Assembly: GCF_001194135.2 (NCBI RefSeq)
Contig: NC_068998.1
Location: 17,559,061 to 17,623,060, forward strand
DNA from: Octopus bimaculoides
Taxonomy: Eukaryota
Length of the DNA stretch: 64,000 nucleotides
Direction: 5' to 3'
Shown one piece after another: positions 1 through 13,200 of the stretch. Both the position numbers and the translations under genes were made by a program. Under the pieces are notes generated by a model. It saw nothing but the letters and a program-made list of their open reading frames with translations. It was not told the DNA's origin and did not search any database. Every line of letters starts with the position of its first letter. Within the stretch, counting starts at the first letter, position 1.

Positions 1-432
1 CCTCCTCCTTTTTTAAGATGGTCGGATTGAGATTTGACTGCTATTTTTTGTAGGTTGAATGACTGTATAGGGGTTCTTACATTGGATTGTGACTCATTAT
101 GGTTATTAGCTATTATACATGTAGTTATTGAGAACAAAAGATAGCATGTCATCTGTATCGCTTTAAAGTCAGTGAGTTAAACTTGGCTATCTTAATCAGT
201 AAAGTGATAAAGCTGGTCTTTTGCCATGTTCTGTTTCTTGTAATTATAATTTTAATGATAATTTTGACTAGTTGTCTTTGAAATAATGTTTTGTTTTTGC
301 AAGACTCCATAAGGTTGTTTGTTTATAGGTCATTTTGTTTTTTGTGACAGGAAATGTGGAGTCATTCATGAAGTTTAGAATATTTAATTTTAATGTTATC
401 ATATTTAATCTTATTTAATATTTAATTTGCAA

Positions 433-660
433 GTAAGGCAGTAAGCTGGTAGAATCATTTGTGCACTGGGCAAAATGCTTAGTGGCATTTTTGTCCATCT
501 TTACATTCTGAGTTCAAATTCTACCAAGGTTGATTTTAGCTTTCATTCCTTTTGGGGTATATAAAATAAGTACCAGTTGAGCACTGGGGTTGATAAAATC
601 GACTTTCTCCCTCCCTCGAAATTTCTGGCCTTGTGCCAAAATTTGAAACCAACATTTAAT
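433..660 (+). mobile_element. SINE family B (further copies at ~11755-11975, 21545-21745, 47490-47710, 61965-62130, 63320-63480, 63672-63800)
   Basis: Shared core aaatgcttag..tacgttctgagttcaaatt..ttgcctttcatcctt..gataaa.taagtaccagt..ctggggt. Confidence 0.85.
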
Positions 661-681
661 TTGCAAGTGGCTAAGACTTGG

Positions 682-721
<40 letters not shown>

Positions 722-729
722 TCTCTCTT

Positions 730-792
<63 letters not shown>
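682..792. repeat. (CT)n microsatellite; other simple repeats at 12765-12835 (CT), 23281-23372 (ATT/GTT), 27500-27540 (TA), 28034-28150 (CA), 30712-30771 (CA), 42545-42640 (ATT/ATC), 44925-44962 (GA), 57262-57290 (GAA)
   Basis: Direct inspection. Confidence 0.97.
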
Positions 793-794
<2 letters not shown>

Positions 795-1918
795 TAAGAG
801 TTCAAATTCTGCAAGGTCTTTGATTTTGTCATTCTTTCTAGACAAAAAACAAAAAAACAATAATATACTTGGATTAATCACTTGTCTGCATCACTACTAA
901 GCTTAGCTCTGTTATGTTTTGTAAGTATACCAATATTTACTCACTGTTTATGTAAAGATATTGCACATATTACGCAATTAACTATTTTTTTTTTCATACT
1001 TTGCTGATTGTATTTATTTATTTTATCATAGATTTGAATAATTCATTCAGCTTTGATCTGCTCAGAATAACTAAAACAAAAACTGAGACAAGGCAAGCTA
1101 ATGACTGATTTGGAATGTAATTCAAAATATTAATATTTTAGTCATTCAGTATTGCATATGTCTTTTACTGTCATTTACTCTTTCAAATTCATTTCAGCTA
1201 TATATATATTTATATAGAGAGTTTTACTAATGCAGTGTCATCTGTCTTTGTTTTATGTTTGCATATTTTTTTCTTCTCACATCAAATATTTTCTTATGTA
1301 GTTTTACCTATTTAGTCTTGTTTGTTTATTTTCTTATTTAGACATGGAAATTATTTTTGGTGCGCTCTATAGCTTTTCCAGTTCTTACCAGTTAATGTTC
1401 GTTTTGGATCTTTAGTTGTCAATGATTAAAAGAAGAGAAAATAAGCAGGGAAGGTTTGTGAGTGAAGTGCTTAATGCATAGTCAGTGGGGGTGACAGGAG
1501 AATGTATGTTTGATTGGAGGTGCTATGTTAGAAAGTTCAGAAGATGAGTAAAGATTATTACAATAATGATTGAGAAAGCAGGGAGGATGCACTTGACATA
1601 TGGGCAATATGTACAGTCTGTCTTTAATTATTTCTGTTCAACTAGCTTTGTTACACTCCCAAGATCACTCCCATTCACACACACACACATTCACACTCTT
1701 GTAAGTACTCTGTCATACATGCTCATATTCACACTCTGGTGTACACACACATACATCCACACTTTAGCCTGAAAGCACACACAGACCTTTGCACTTTGGC
1801 ATGCATACATGCACTTTCACTCAGCTACATACACACATTCTCTTGCTGGCACATCTATATGCACAGTTGTGCATTTACACATGTGCCAGGATATTTACCT
1901 GCATGCTGACATATTTTC

Positions 1919-2018
1919 ACACATGCTGGCACACTTTCTGTCACACATGCTGGCACACTTTCTGTCACACATGCTGGCACACTTTCTGTCACACATGCTG
2001 GCACACTTTCTGTCACAC
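1919..2018. repeat. Minisatellite, 24-bp unit cacatgctggcacactttctgtca, about 4 copies
   Basis: Direct inspection. Confidence 0.95.
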
Positions 2019-3834
2019 TCACTCGCTATCTTTCTTAGCTTTTAACTTACTAGTTTGCATATTGGGTTATTATATTGGCATGAGTCCACACACTTGTAAG
2101 GAAATGTCTTGACAGTTGAATCAACTACATTATATGATTTATCAACTCTGGAAGATGAAAGGCTATGTTAGTTTGGATAGAATTTGAATGTAGAATGTTG
2201 AGTCAAAACTAAATACTCTACTGTTGATTTGGCTGTTTACTTGGTGCAATTTTGTATAGTTTTTAAAGAAAAATATTATCTTTAAGCTTAATTAGCTATA
2301 TTGTCATTAGATTTTACTGTTAACAAATGTCAGCATATCTTTTTCTTTTTTTTTTTTTGTAGATTGCGTATCTTGTTCTTAATTATTGCAATTGTTAGTT
2401 TTCAAGAACAAATAGTTTAACCCATTCCAACATGTAAATGATATTTAGCTATAAATCTTACTAAAAACTTAATACTGAAAAATTACTATTAACATTAACA
2501 TCTCTATTAATGACCAGTGGTCTATAATTTTTTTTTTTTTTTCATTATTTTGACTTGATATGTTCAATGAATATTTTAATTTGTGGGCGATATGTATAAC
2601 CATGCAATTTATATAGGTAAAAATAAAATGTTATTTGTTTATCATTTTAACATTTCTTTCTTCTCTGTGCTGCCATGAGTCGGCCATGTCTGTACAACAA
2701 GTTTGTCTTGATTTTTTTTTTGTGTTTTATGTGCTGCTTATACAAAACCAGTCATCAATAAAGCCCAATACATAGAATTGGTTTTGCCACTTGATATATG
2801 ATTATATACAATTTTATTCTAAAAAATATACTGTCATTTATTTTGTTCTTTTTATGCAATTTCTTGCTTCCTTGGCTGATTTTGTTGTATTGATCAATAT
2901 GAAGACATCTGAATGAGAAACTAAACATATAAACTCGGGGAATATCTGGGAGGGCAGGGTCTGCTAATGCTTCTATTGCTGCAAGACTTCTTTTTCTTTT
3001 CCTTTCTTTTTTTCTGTTTCTGTTTTTTTTTTTTATTGCTTTCCTCTTTAAGCTATCTATAGATGTATATCAGCATTCTGCATCTGACAGCAACAATGTT
3101 TTACACATGCTGCATTATCCTTTGGATGAGACTTATTTCCTATTCAGTCTTTGATCGACCCAGTTTCTTAAATACAAAAATAAGAAGCAAAAAACTTTGA
3201 CTATTTATAAAGTACATTCACATCCATACTGTCTTCATTTATTATTTAACTTCTACTTGTACATTGTGTTGAAGTATGTAGATTTATTCCCTGTTAGTTT
3301 TTTTAAACAAGTAAATATTCTTATGTACAATATCTCCACAATTATTGTCCACTTTTTATTTTTACTGATATCATACACTTTCCTTCTGAAGTCTGTTTCA
3401 ATACTTCTATTTCTTTCACACACAAATATTCAGCTCATTTTAGAAACTGTGCACTATAAAATCATCTCTTGACATGTTTTTTTTTTCCTTCTCTTCAGCT
3501 GCAGAGAATTAATTTCTATTAAAATTTTCAATATCTCATTCAGGGTTATTTCCCATTTTATAAACATCTAACTAACCCTATTATACAGAAACATATGCAA
3601 AACTATTTTCTAATTATTGATGGATGGTAGTCTAGTAATAGTATTAACTTGGAATAGCTTTAATTTCTGTCAGTACTAATCTGGTTAGTCAAACTAAGTT
3701 AATCCAAACCCACAAACACAAAACAGGTGGTTACATGCTGATAACAGAGTATATCTAATTAAAATTTAAACAGATATTTCCAAAATAGTTTTTTCTTTTT
3801 CTTACCTGAGATACCAAGATATATGTGTGTTTTC

Positions 3835-4030
3835 ATAAGTGTGTGCAGAGGTATAGTTGTGTGATTTAATAAGTTCTTATTGCAAATATACGGTTTTGTG
3901 TTGAATAATAACTTGAGTGGAATTTGGTAGACAGAAACTGTAGAAAAGCCCATTGTGTGTGTGTGTGTGACACACACATACATATGCACACGTGCCTCAT
4001 ATGGACTCCTCTGAATGCATCTCAGTTTAT
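3835..4030 (-). mobile_element. SINE family A fragment
   Basis: Contains gagtggaatttggtagacagaaactgtagaaaagcccattgtgtg; rearranged and degenerate, so the orientation is approximate. Confidence 0.55.
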
Positions 4031-4965
4031 CTAAATTGAAGTATAACCCAGAAGAAAGGTCTGACAAATCATTATAGACAATTATAATTCAGTGTTGTGG
4101 CAAGCGTGTTTGTGTTGGTGTAAAAACAGGATGGTCAAAAATATAGCTTGGCATCTGAACAGATGTGTAGCCATAAAGTAAGTACTTAAGTCTTTCTGAT
4201 AAATAATGACTCTTGAAGGCAGTGCCCCAAGATGACCACAATCCAATGATTGAAGTTAGAAAACGAAAATATGGTATCCCAGTTTAATTCCTACTTGTTT
4301 TTTCTGTATAGGTAATACTTTAAGGAAGGCAAAGTTAACTTGCCTTTCATTTATTTTGAAGTAGCATTTTTTTTGTACACATCTGCACCTTTGTGTGTCG
4401 TACACACAAATGCAATATGTATGTGTTAGAGTTAATCTGACACCTGGTTCAATGCCACCACCTACCCTTGGGCATCTTTAGGGACAGTGGACATTGTTGC
4501 AAACATTTGAGCTAGGTTTTCTGTCTGAGACATCTCCACATGACTTCCTCTATAATGTTTTATGAAAAATTAATTTTGTCTCATCTGCAACATCTAAAAA
4601 AAATATATCATGTAGAATATCTGTAAATATTTTAAAATTTCAAATGAAAAGGGATTAAAAAAATATCTAGATATTTAGGCTTTGACATGTAATCATTTTT
4701 TTTTTTAATTAGAACTGCAATATCAAATTACAAGTAGTCTGTTTTGCTTTACTTGTTATTCAGGTCATAGGTTCATTTTGAATTATCTTAAATCCACTTC
4801 CTTATAATGATTTTAAGACTTTCTGTGAGCTTTTATTTTATAATTAATTTTGCTGTTGAATGATCATTGATGTATTTTATAGAAATCTTGTTATACTAGC
4901 ACATAACAGTCTCCAATATTTTTATGCTTATTGGTTTTGTGCTAGCATCAAATATGTATTTTCAG

Positions 4966-5054
4966 TTCCCATTTTCACTCTCTTTGAAATCTTACCAATA
5001 CTTTCATATATCACTTGATGCTATTATTTCCATCCACAAAGCCCGACCATATCT
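4966..5054 (+). other. Candidate upstream exon (5' UTR or N-terminal extension) of the SLC6-like gene
   Basis: atgtattttcag acceptor and CT|gtaagt donor. It is open in one frame (FPFSLSLKSYQYFHISLDAIISIHKARPY) and ends in phase 2, compatible with the single T before the ATG at 10126. No homology support. Confidence 0.25.
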
Positions 5055-6019
5055 GTAAGTCATATTTAGTAGATACTTTCTCTTAAATTTGTTCAACTAC
5101 AACTGTTACTACCTAAGTTTTGCTTCTAAATATGTACCATCCATAATTATAAATTCTTGAAATAGTCCCCTCCCCTTCCTTTGTAAGTTCTAAAATTTCA
5201 ACATCGCTCTCTCATCTGCTCTGGTCTGGTTTTCAAATGGAATTATACTTTGGGCAAAACATTCCAAGTTTTGGAGAAATTATGAAAAATATCAATTTAT
5301 ATTTCATTTTAAGACTCAGTCAACTGAAATTTGCAAAAAAAAAAAAAAAACTTTGTTAAAAATTTGTAAAGATTTAATTACTTTGAAACCCATGGTGCCT
5401 TGCACCACTTGCTACAGGCAGAATTTGTCTTAAATACTGACTTTATTTATATATTAGTTGCACATCAACAATGTAGTATATTTTATTTATTTAATATTGA
5501 AAAAAAAGTATGTTATTAATATAAGCATAATTATTGTCTTCCCTGTACTACTGAACATAGTAAATATTTATTATATGAGAGAGGGAGAGAGAGAGAGAGA
5601 ATGTGAAACAATCTACCCTTCACTTTTAGTGATTTTGTGTTGTAAATGTTTTCTCAAGTGGGTTTCATGAAATCTACTGAATTAATGGATAGGTTAGAAT
5701 GTAATGTGAAATGGGGAAGTAAGACATTTAGCTGCTGTCCACTTATCTAGGAGTTTGTTGTTATTAATGTACTAGCCACAGTGAAAACATTGTAATTCAG
5801 ATTGTAACAATGAAAGGGCTTTTCACAGGTTAACTAATGGTTTATTATCTTGATGACTATCACAGAGGACAGTGTCCATCAAGTTTACTTGATCATACAT
5901 TTAAATGTATGATGTATAAAATGACTGTCATACAGGTCCAAACAATAATATTGATCAATGTCAGGATCAGGTGAAAACTCGACAGAGAAACAATTAGTTA
6001 ACAGTTGAAGTATCTAGGT

Positions 6020-6770
6020 CAGTGGTTCTCAGCCATTCATAGCTCAGTGACCCCTCTCACCAAATTGCATTTTACAAACACCCTTTCATGTTTTGCAGCA
6101 TAAAAAATATTCTAATCAAGCAAAAGCCAAACCAACACAATGGTGTATTATTCTCTCCCCCAGTATTTGGCCTTCAGATATTTACATAGACTAGTGTGCC
6201 CTATGTTAATTTTTTATGCAAATTAGTAAAGGTAAAAGACTTACTGAAATTATATTATTCCTTGGCACAAAGTCATGTTTCTTCTCACGGATGACACGGT
6301 GTGCTATTCATATTTTAAACTCAACAAAGATCTTAATGAAAAAATATGTTGAAATATAAGTAGTATATTTGATTTAAATATTTTATTTTTAAGAAAATCA
6401 CGACCTGATTGCAGATAGCCACAAAGTGAGTTGTTTTTGTTATTTTTTCTTCCTTTCTTCCACTAGTCACAGAGGCCTAGTACAAACATTATGGCTATCT
6501 TTTCCTGATAAACCATTTAAAAAATTTCAAAACAATTTCCAGAACCTTCACTATTTCCAAAGAAATTAAGATCAAAAAAGCTATCTGCATAGAAAAGACT
6601 AGTAAGATATTTCTCAAAGTTTATTGGGTTAACCTGAAGATTTATTTAATCCAGTTGATTTTAAACTTAGTAATTAAAAACCATTTACCTGTCCAAGTTA
6701 AGACCCAGTGGCCCTTAATGAGCTCACACTGCATCCAAGAGAACACTGCTACCTGGGTTAAGAACCACTG
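6020..6770. mobile_element. Non-autonomous hAT-type element
   Basis: Termini cagtggttctcagcc / gggttaagaaccactg; degenerate 8-bp flanks atctaggt / gtccaggg. Confidence 0.65.
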
Positions 6771-9256
6771 GTCCAGGGGTCCAGGTGAACATTCAGATTA
6801 ATCATTAAACTTTTAGAAGTGTCTCTCCTTTGCTTTTCCTGTGCACATGACTACCTTGATGTTAATTTGTTTGTAAACAAGCTATGATGGTGATAGTTGT
6901 TTTTCGGGGGGGTTTTCGGGGTTTTTTTATCAGAAAAGAAAGGACAGTGCTCATGATCCTTTTGCTAGGCTTCTGAGATTGGAGGATAAAAGGGAGTAAG
7001 AAATCCCAACTCCTGGAAACTCTGTTAAAGGCACCTAAAAGCCAGGTGGTTTTGTTAAATTAGGTCATAGTCTCTGTCTCCCAAGTTTCATTCATACAAC
7101 TTGGGTTGATTTGAGGCTATGGAAGAAGACACTTGCCTTAGGAACATACAGCGGGATTGAACTTGGAATCATGTGATTGCTAAGAAAATTTCTTAACCAC
7201 AATATCCTGACATATAGGAATTACATTCGCTCACTTATTGATTTTATCATGATATATTCAGGGATTCAAGTTATCTTGTAAATTCAATTAAGGTTTCATT
7301 ATACATTTATAAGATATTTTAAGCTGGTGAATTAGCTGTGTTATTAGAAAGTTGGATCAAATGACTTGTAGTATTTATTCCTGCTCTCTAAACTCTGTGT
7401 TCAAATCACACAGAGATTTACTCCATCTTTCATGATATTCGTCCATTAATATAAAAAAAAATCCCAGTTCAGAATGGTGGATTAGCAGAAGTGTTAGTGT
7501 GGCACAGGATACCTTGCAATATCTGTTCTGGCTCTTTGCCTTTCCTTGGGACATCAGTAGTGTGATGAGAGTATACATGGACACTGCTTGTCTTCCACAC
7601 ATAAGAAAAAAAAACATTGCCCTGACCTGTGCATACATGTGTAGATATATGGTCGAGTTTGATTGATGGAGACTCTAGAAGGTATTAGATTTGATTAAAC
7701 TTAATTTACTGTAGAGGTATAAAGAAACACAAGTATCAAGATATTAAGAATTTAGGGTGGTTTTTTTGGGGGGGGGTTTATTTTGTTTTCTCCCTTTGTT
7801 GTTAAATTTAAGAACCTGAATATTTTTGTTTAATCTTTGACAACATAAAGTTAACTATAAATGCTCTACTTCCAAACTAAGGATGAGAACTAACCAAGTA
7901 TGCCAGGAGTGTTTCTACTGATTGCTTGATAGCATGCAATATTCTAAAACAAACAGTTAAATATTCCAAAGTCAGAAGGTATTTAGTAAGGTTGTCTTTG
8001 ACAGGTCATTCATGTGTATGTTACTTTGAAAATGTTTCTATCTTTTGATTGTTTCCTTGTTAACAAGTTTTGTAGTATTAAGCATAAATTTCTTAAAAAT
8101 ACATTTGAAAATCTCCAAAATTTAAGTATACCATGATTTCTTGCACAGGTATGAAACTTCATAAGAGAAATATTGTTTGAAGTGGTTCTCTTCTAAATAC
8201 ATTAACTGAAATAATTGCACCTGAAAATTGAAAGCAAATCAAATTTCTAATAGTTATGAACTTCTCCTGCATCTCCACATCCACCAAAAAAACAATTATG
8301 TAACACCTGTTACCAATAATGGAAAAATCATATAACTGATATTCTACTTTTCATCTTTTTGCGAATTCATATTTTGAGAATTAGATTAAAGAAAATTAAT
8401 ACCGACTCTTTATGTCTAAGAATATATAATGCAAATTAATGTTTTTCATTAGTTACATGATCAATGTGAAAACCTCCTTTGTATAGAAAAGTAAACAGGT
8501 GACTAGAGATGAGGTTTTGTATTGGCATTCTCTAGAGACTTATTTGAATTAGAAATTGCAAAGGAAAGTTTTATGTGGCTTTTAATTAAGGAACACATTA
8601 AGGTTTTTGAGATGTGTGCTGCCTGAAAATCTTTTATCACTAAAAGCATCAATCCAGGATTGTGGATTGATAGAATAATTAGGACATTGGACAAGATGAC
8701 CTTGCAGTATTTGTTCTGGCTCTTTGAGCTCTGACAATAATGCCTGTGACAACACTGATACCAAGTTGTATCAGCTTAAAGTGGTGGCCTTTCCTTTTGG
8801 ATAAGATAAGTGATGTGGAAAGAGGACACATGCATGCATGAACAATTGCTAATCTTCCATACAAAAAAATTCCAGATTGATGTCAATGATGTTAGAACAG
8901 AATACATTTTAAGAAGCATTCTGATATTGAAAAAAATAAATAAAAGGAAAGATAGTTAGTCAGGCATATAGATTAATAGAAATAATGTCAATCTTGAGTG
9001 ACACTGTCTTGTAAATTGCACTATTGCAAAATGTGGTCAAATGTTTCTTAGGCAGTATTTATGTTATCACCAAGACAAGGAAATAGTTTAGATGGAGGTT
9101 GACATGGATGAAGACGAGAATCTATTGTGGTATAGTGTGAATTAGTACTGGAATGAAGGACATCCAAGAATTAGACAGGGAAATTAATTATTAGGTTAAG
9201 GGTGTAAAATATATCAATCCAAGATATATAATTTGATGAATGATGGCTTATCATTG

Positions 9257-9324
9257 AATGTGCTACTTTATCAATGAATGTGCTACTTTATCAATGAATG
9301 TGCTACTTTATCAATGAATGTGCA
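9257..9324. repeat. Minisatellite, 20-bp unit tgaatgtgctactttatcaa, about 3 copies
   Basis: Direct inspection. Confidence 0.95.
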
Positions 9325-9680
9325 ATGGTTAGATGAGTTATCTATTCAATAATGGAGAAAGCTGCTTATTAATTAGGTATGTAACAATTACTAAAAGAAA
9401 GCAATTATTAAAGGGTTGACCATCTGGAAATATTTTTATAAATTCATGTTCTAAGAAATTTCCTATAATTTTGATTTCTCAAATTTATTGAATTTTTTTA
9501 ACTCCAATTTCTCTCAAATTTAAATATTCATTGCATTCACTGCATCCAATTCTTCACAAATTTAGATATTCATTGCATTCACTGCACAGTATTCCATTTT
9601 CATTTGCCAAGTCTTTCACTTTCTCTTTTTAAGTTTTAATTCACTATTTGGAATTGGGAATCAAATGTGAAAATATTATC

Positions 9681-10001
9681 NNNNNNNNNNNNNNNNNNNN
9701 NNNNNNNNNNNNNNNNNNNNNNNNNNNNNNNNNNNNNNNNNNNNNNNNNNNNNNNNNNNNNNNNNNNNNNNNNNNNNNNNNNNNNNNNNNNNNNNNNNNN
9801 NNNNNNNNNNNNNNNNNNNNNNNNNNNNNNNNNNNNNNNNNNNNNNNNNNNNNNNNNNNNNNNNNNNNNNNNNNNNNNNNNNNNNNNNNNNNNNNNNNNN
9901 NNNNNNNNNNNNNNNNNNNNNNNNNNNNNNNNNNNNNNNNNNNNNNNNNNNNNNNNNNNNNNNNNNNNNNNNNNNNNNNNNNNNNNNNNNNNNNNNNNNN
10001 N
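9681..10001. other. Assembly gap (N-run); others at 28369-28683, 30772-30781, 32452-32500, 36885-36894, 43480-43489, 61022-61592, 62218-62317
   Basis: Runs of N. Confidence 1.
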
Positions 10002-10126
10002 TTTACTAATGTCAAATTGATGGTCTCCAAGTGTCAGTAAAAAGCAAGTACTGACCTTGGGGGACACTAAACCTCCTACAAAACTTGCTAATCTGTGCCA
10101 AGTAAACATACTCCCATCATTTCAGT

Positions 10127-10226
10127 ATGGCTGATGGAGAAACATATAAACCACAATGGAATTTGGTAGAGTTCACATTGCTCTCAATTTTTCCTATTCA
10201 TCTTTCATTCTTTCACATACATAAAG
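10127..10226 (+). CDS. SLC6-like exon 1 (MADGETYKPQWNLVEFTLLSIFPIHLSFFHIHK; N-terminus and degenerate TM1)
   Basis: Acceptor catcatttcag ends at 10125, ATG at 10127, donor AAAG|gtatgt (phase 1) matches exon 2. W..EF.LLS resembles the SLC6 pre-TM1 W....DFLLS. Confidence 0.75.
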
Positions 10227-13200
10227 GTATGTACCAGCTGATCTAAAATTTATAAAAATGTCTTTAAATCATCTTGAAAACTTTTTGCATGGTTTCTTTT
10301 TTCCTTCTTTTTTAAGGCTAAATTAACAAATGTGTATCTTTGTTAGCATAATTTAATGTCCTCTTTCCATGCTGGCATGGGTTGGGCAGTTTGACGGGAG
10401 CTGGCAAGTCAGAAGACTGTATTAAGCTGTACTGTTGGCTTTGGCATGGTTTCTACAGCTGGATGCCCTTCCTAATGCCAAACACTTTACAGAGTGAACT
10501 GGGTGATTTTTACATGGCACCAGCAGCAGTGAAGTCCTCAAGTAACTTGCAAAATGAGACCCCTCAACTGAGTGGGGAGTAATATTGAGGAAGGTGGCTT
10601 TGTACTATGTGATGAGAGGATAGAGTATGAGCAGGAGGAGACAGAAACAGGTATCTTGCAGTTGAGAAAGTACATAGCCACCCTAGTTGGAGGGTGGGGT
10701 GAGATGACAATGATGATGAAGATTTGATGGGTTGTATCTCCATATTAAATTGTAATGCCAAGCATTAGAATTGTTAGTCAGTCCTACAACATGTTAGTCA
10801 GTCCTAAAACCAGCAAAAGATAAAATTTTTGGATTCCTTTAACAATTTTGTTTCCTTTTTTTTTTTTATGTTAACCTATCATTATTATTTAAATTGACTT
10901 TCCCTTTCTTGTTCTTTCTGATGTATCAACACTGAACATAAGAGATTCCTGGTAATTCAAGCTATTTTTCTTAGTTTGCCATTTGCTTAAAATTTAATGA
11001 CTGTCCTTAATGAGAAAAAAATAGTAACATCATTAGCACATTAATACAACATAAATTGTTTTCTTTGTGAGGATGTCATTTTACATATCCTTTATAGATT
11101 TTAAGTTATTCTTGATCCTAAGATCATAACCAGATCCAACTGTCATTAATGGAAAGGCATTCCAACTGTGACCATTCTTGTCTTTTTATCAGTCATAATG
11201 TATCTGGGAATATATTATCTGTGTCTTACCTTTTCTTTTTTTTAAAGAGAAATTTGTTCCCTATTTCTAGCAAGTTGAGTGAATAATGGCTCCTGCAAAA
11301 AGTAGTAGAAAAGATTGTAAACAGCTGACAACTGGTATGTCAGTGTTCTACTGGGCCTTAATCTTTCTCTGATTTTGTTCAGGATCAATAAAATTTTTAC
11401 AAATAATATACTAGAGTTCGTTAAATCCTCAAAACAAAGTTGACTTTATGAAATCACTGGTAATATTATAAATAATTTTGTGTAATGTTCTGTAGTGTTC
11501 TGTTTTATTGTAATCAAATTAAATAACAATCTGTTAGTGATTATATCTTAAATTATTTTTCTTTTCCATTTCAGATTTGTCAGTGATAATTCATTTCATA
11601 TTTTTATCAGTGCTTTGTATTCCCCCCTTGTTTCTACAGCTGAAGTTAGGGGGACACTTACAAAAAGGAATTGTGGGAATGCTCTCAACCTATTTTCCTA
11701 TATGGAAAGGTAAGCTTATTAATAATTATCATCATTATCAACAATTTATGAGGTAATAAGCTGGCACAATCATTAACACTTCAGACAAAATGCTTAGCAG
11801 CATTTCTTCCAGCTCTTCATGTTCTAAGTTCAAGTCTTGCCAAGGTCAGCTTTGCCTTTCCTCCTTTCAGGGTTGATAAAATAAAGTACCAGTTAAATAC
11901 TGGGGACAATGTAACTAACTCATCTCCTCACTTCGAAATTACTGGTCTTGTGCCAACATTAGAAAGAATTATTAACAGATCATAAATAATAATGAACGTG
12001 ACTGTGTGGTAAAAAGCTTGCTTCCCAACCATATGGTTCCAGGTTCAGTTCTACTGCATGGCACCTTGGGCAAGTGTCTTCTACTATAGCCTCAGGCCAA
12101 TCAAAGCTTTATGAGTGGATTTGGTAGACAGAAACTGAAAGAAGCCCGTCATATATATGTATATATTTGTGTGTTTGTTCCCCCACCATCACTTGACAAC
12201 TGATGTTGGTGTGTTTACGTCCCTGTAACTTGGCAGTTCAGCAAAAGAGAGTGATAGAATAAGTACCAGGTTTACAAAGAATAAGTCCAAGGGTCGATTA
12301 CTTCGACTAAAAGGTGGTGCTCCAGTATGACCACAGTCAAAATGACTAAAACAAGTAAAAGTATAAAAGAATAAAATATTTAGTCCCATTCTTCTAAGTT
12401 GTCTTTCCTCTTCTAATAGTGATAAAATAGATACCAGTCATGTAATAGATTAGTTTGACTGGTTTTACCATTTTTCCTTATCAACAAAATGTTATTCTGA
12501 ATTTATTATTTTAATATCAAGAGTTTTGTATTTGAAATGAAAAAGTAAGAAATATTAATATACTTATAAACTTCCATTTTCTTTTTTTAATTTGAGACTG
12601 GCTTTTTAAACACAAAAAAATTAGGTTTTCTTCAAAGAAATTTTTTTTCACAGGTAAAATATAATTAAACAAATTTCAAGTTTGAATATTTTGTGTGTTC
12701 TGTTTTCTTGTAAAATTTTTAATTATTTTTTATTTAATTTGTTGTTTTTCTCCCTCTTTTACTCTCTCTTTCTCTCTCACTCTCTCTCTCTCTCTCTCTT
12801 TCTCTCTCACTCTCTCTCTCTCTCTCTCTCTCTCTGATAAAACTAGACAATTTTCTCTATAATGCTTCCCAAATAATTAATAGCACTTTTGTGATTTTAA
12901 AAGTGCTATCTGTTTACTTATTTTTAGAATTTGTTTCCATATGATTTACACTGCAGGATAACAAATCAATGATTTTGCTGCTTTACAGCAGAATATCTAA
13001 AATAAAGCTAAGAATTAAAATTATTTTCATTCCTCCATTGCTTATTTCTTAACTGCTTCAGTTGTGTAGCATAGTCTTTCTTCTTATCCACTGATCTGTT
13101 CTTCTGAGAAAGGTTGTAGTTGGCTGATTCAGAGTGATTTTGGTTTACTGGCTAAAGGGTTAGTAGTTTATGTTCTAATCACTACTAGCTTTTTTAACCT

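Noticed and set aside
543-900. ORFs 543-881 (-) and 577-900 (+) with RE/SL repeats
   Set aside because: They are translations of a (CT)n microsatellite plus a SINE.
1789-2112. HTCWHTFC repeat ORFs; superficially CRISPR-like 24-bp repeats
   Set aside because: The units are contiguous with no spacers, so this is a plain minisatellite. There are no splice signals or cas genes.
7470-8870. Two similar segments (7500-7540 and 8695-8730, ccttgca.tat.tgttctggctctttg) that hinted at duplicated exons
   Set aside because: Both have stops and frameshifts and lack splice sites. They are more likely very old LINE RT fragments (QGDTLAPYLF-like), too decayed to call.
9636-10109. Long ORFs across N-runs (also 60890-61725, 62151-62378, 32319-32694)
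   Set aside because: They are open only because of Ns.
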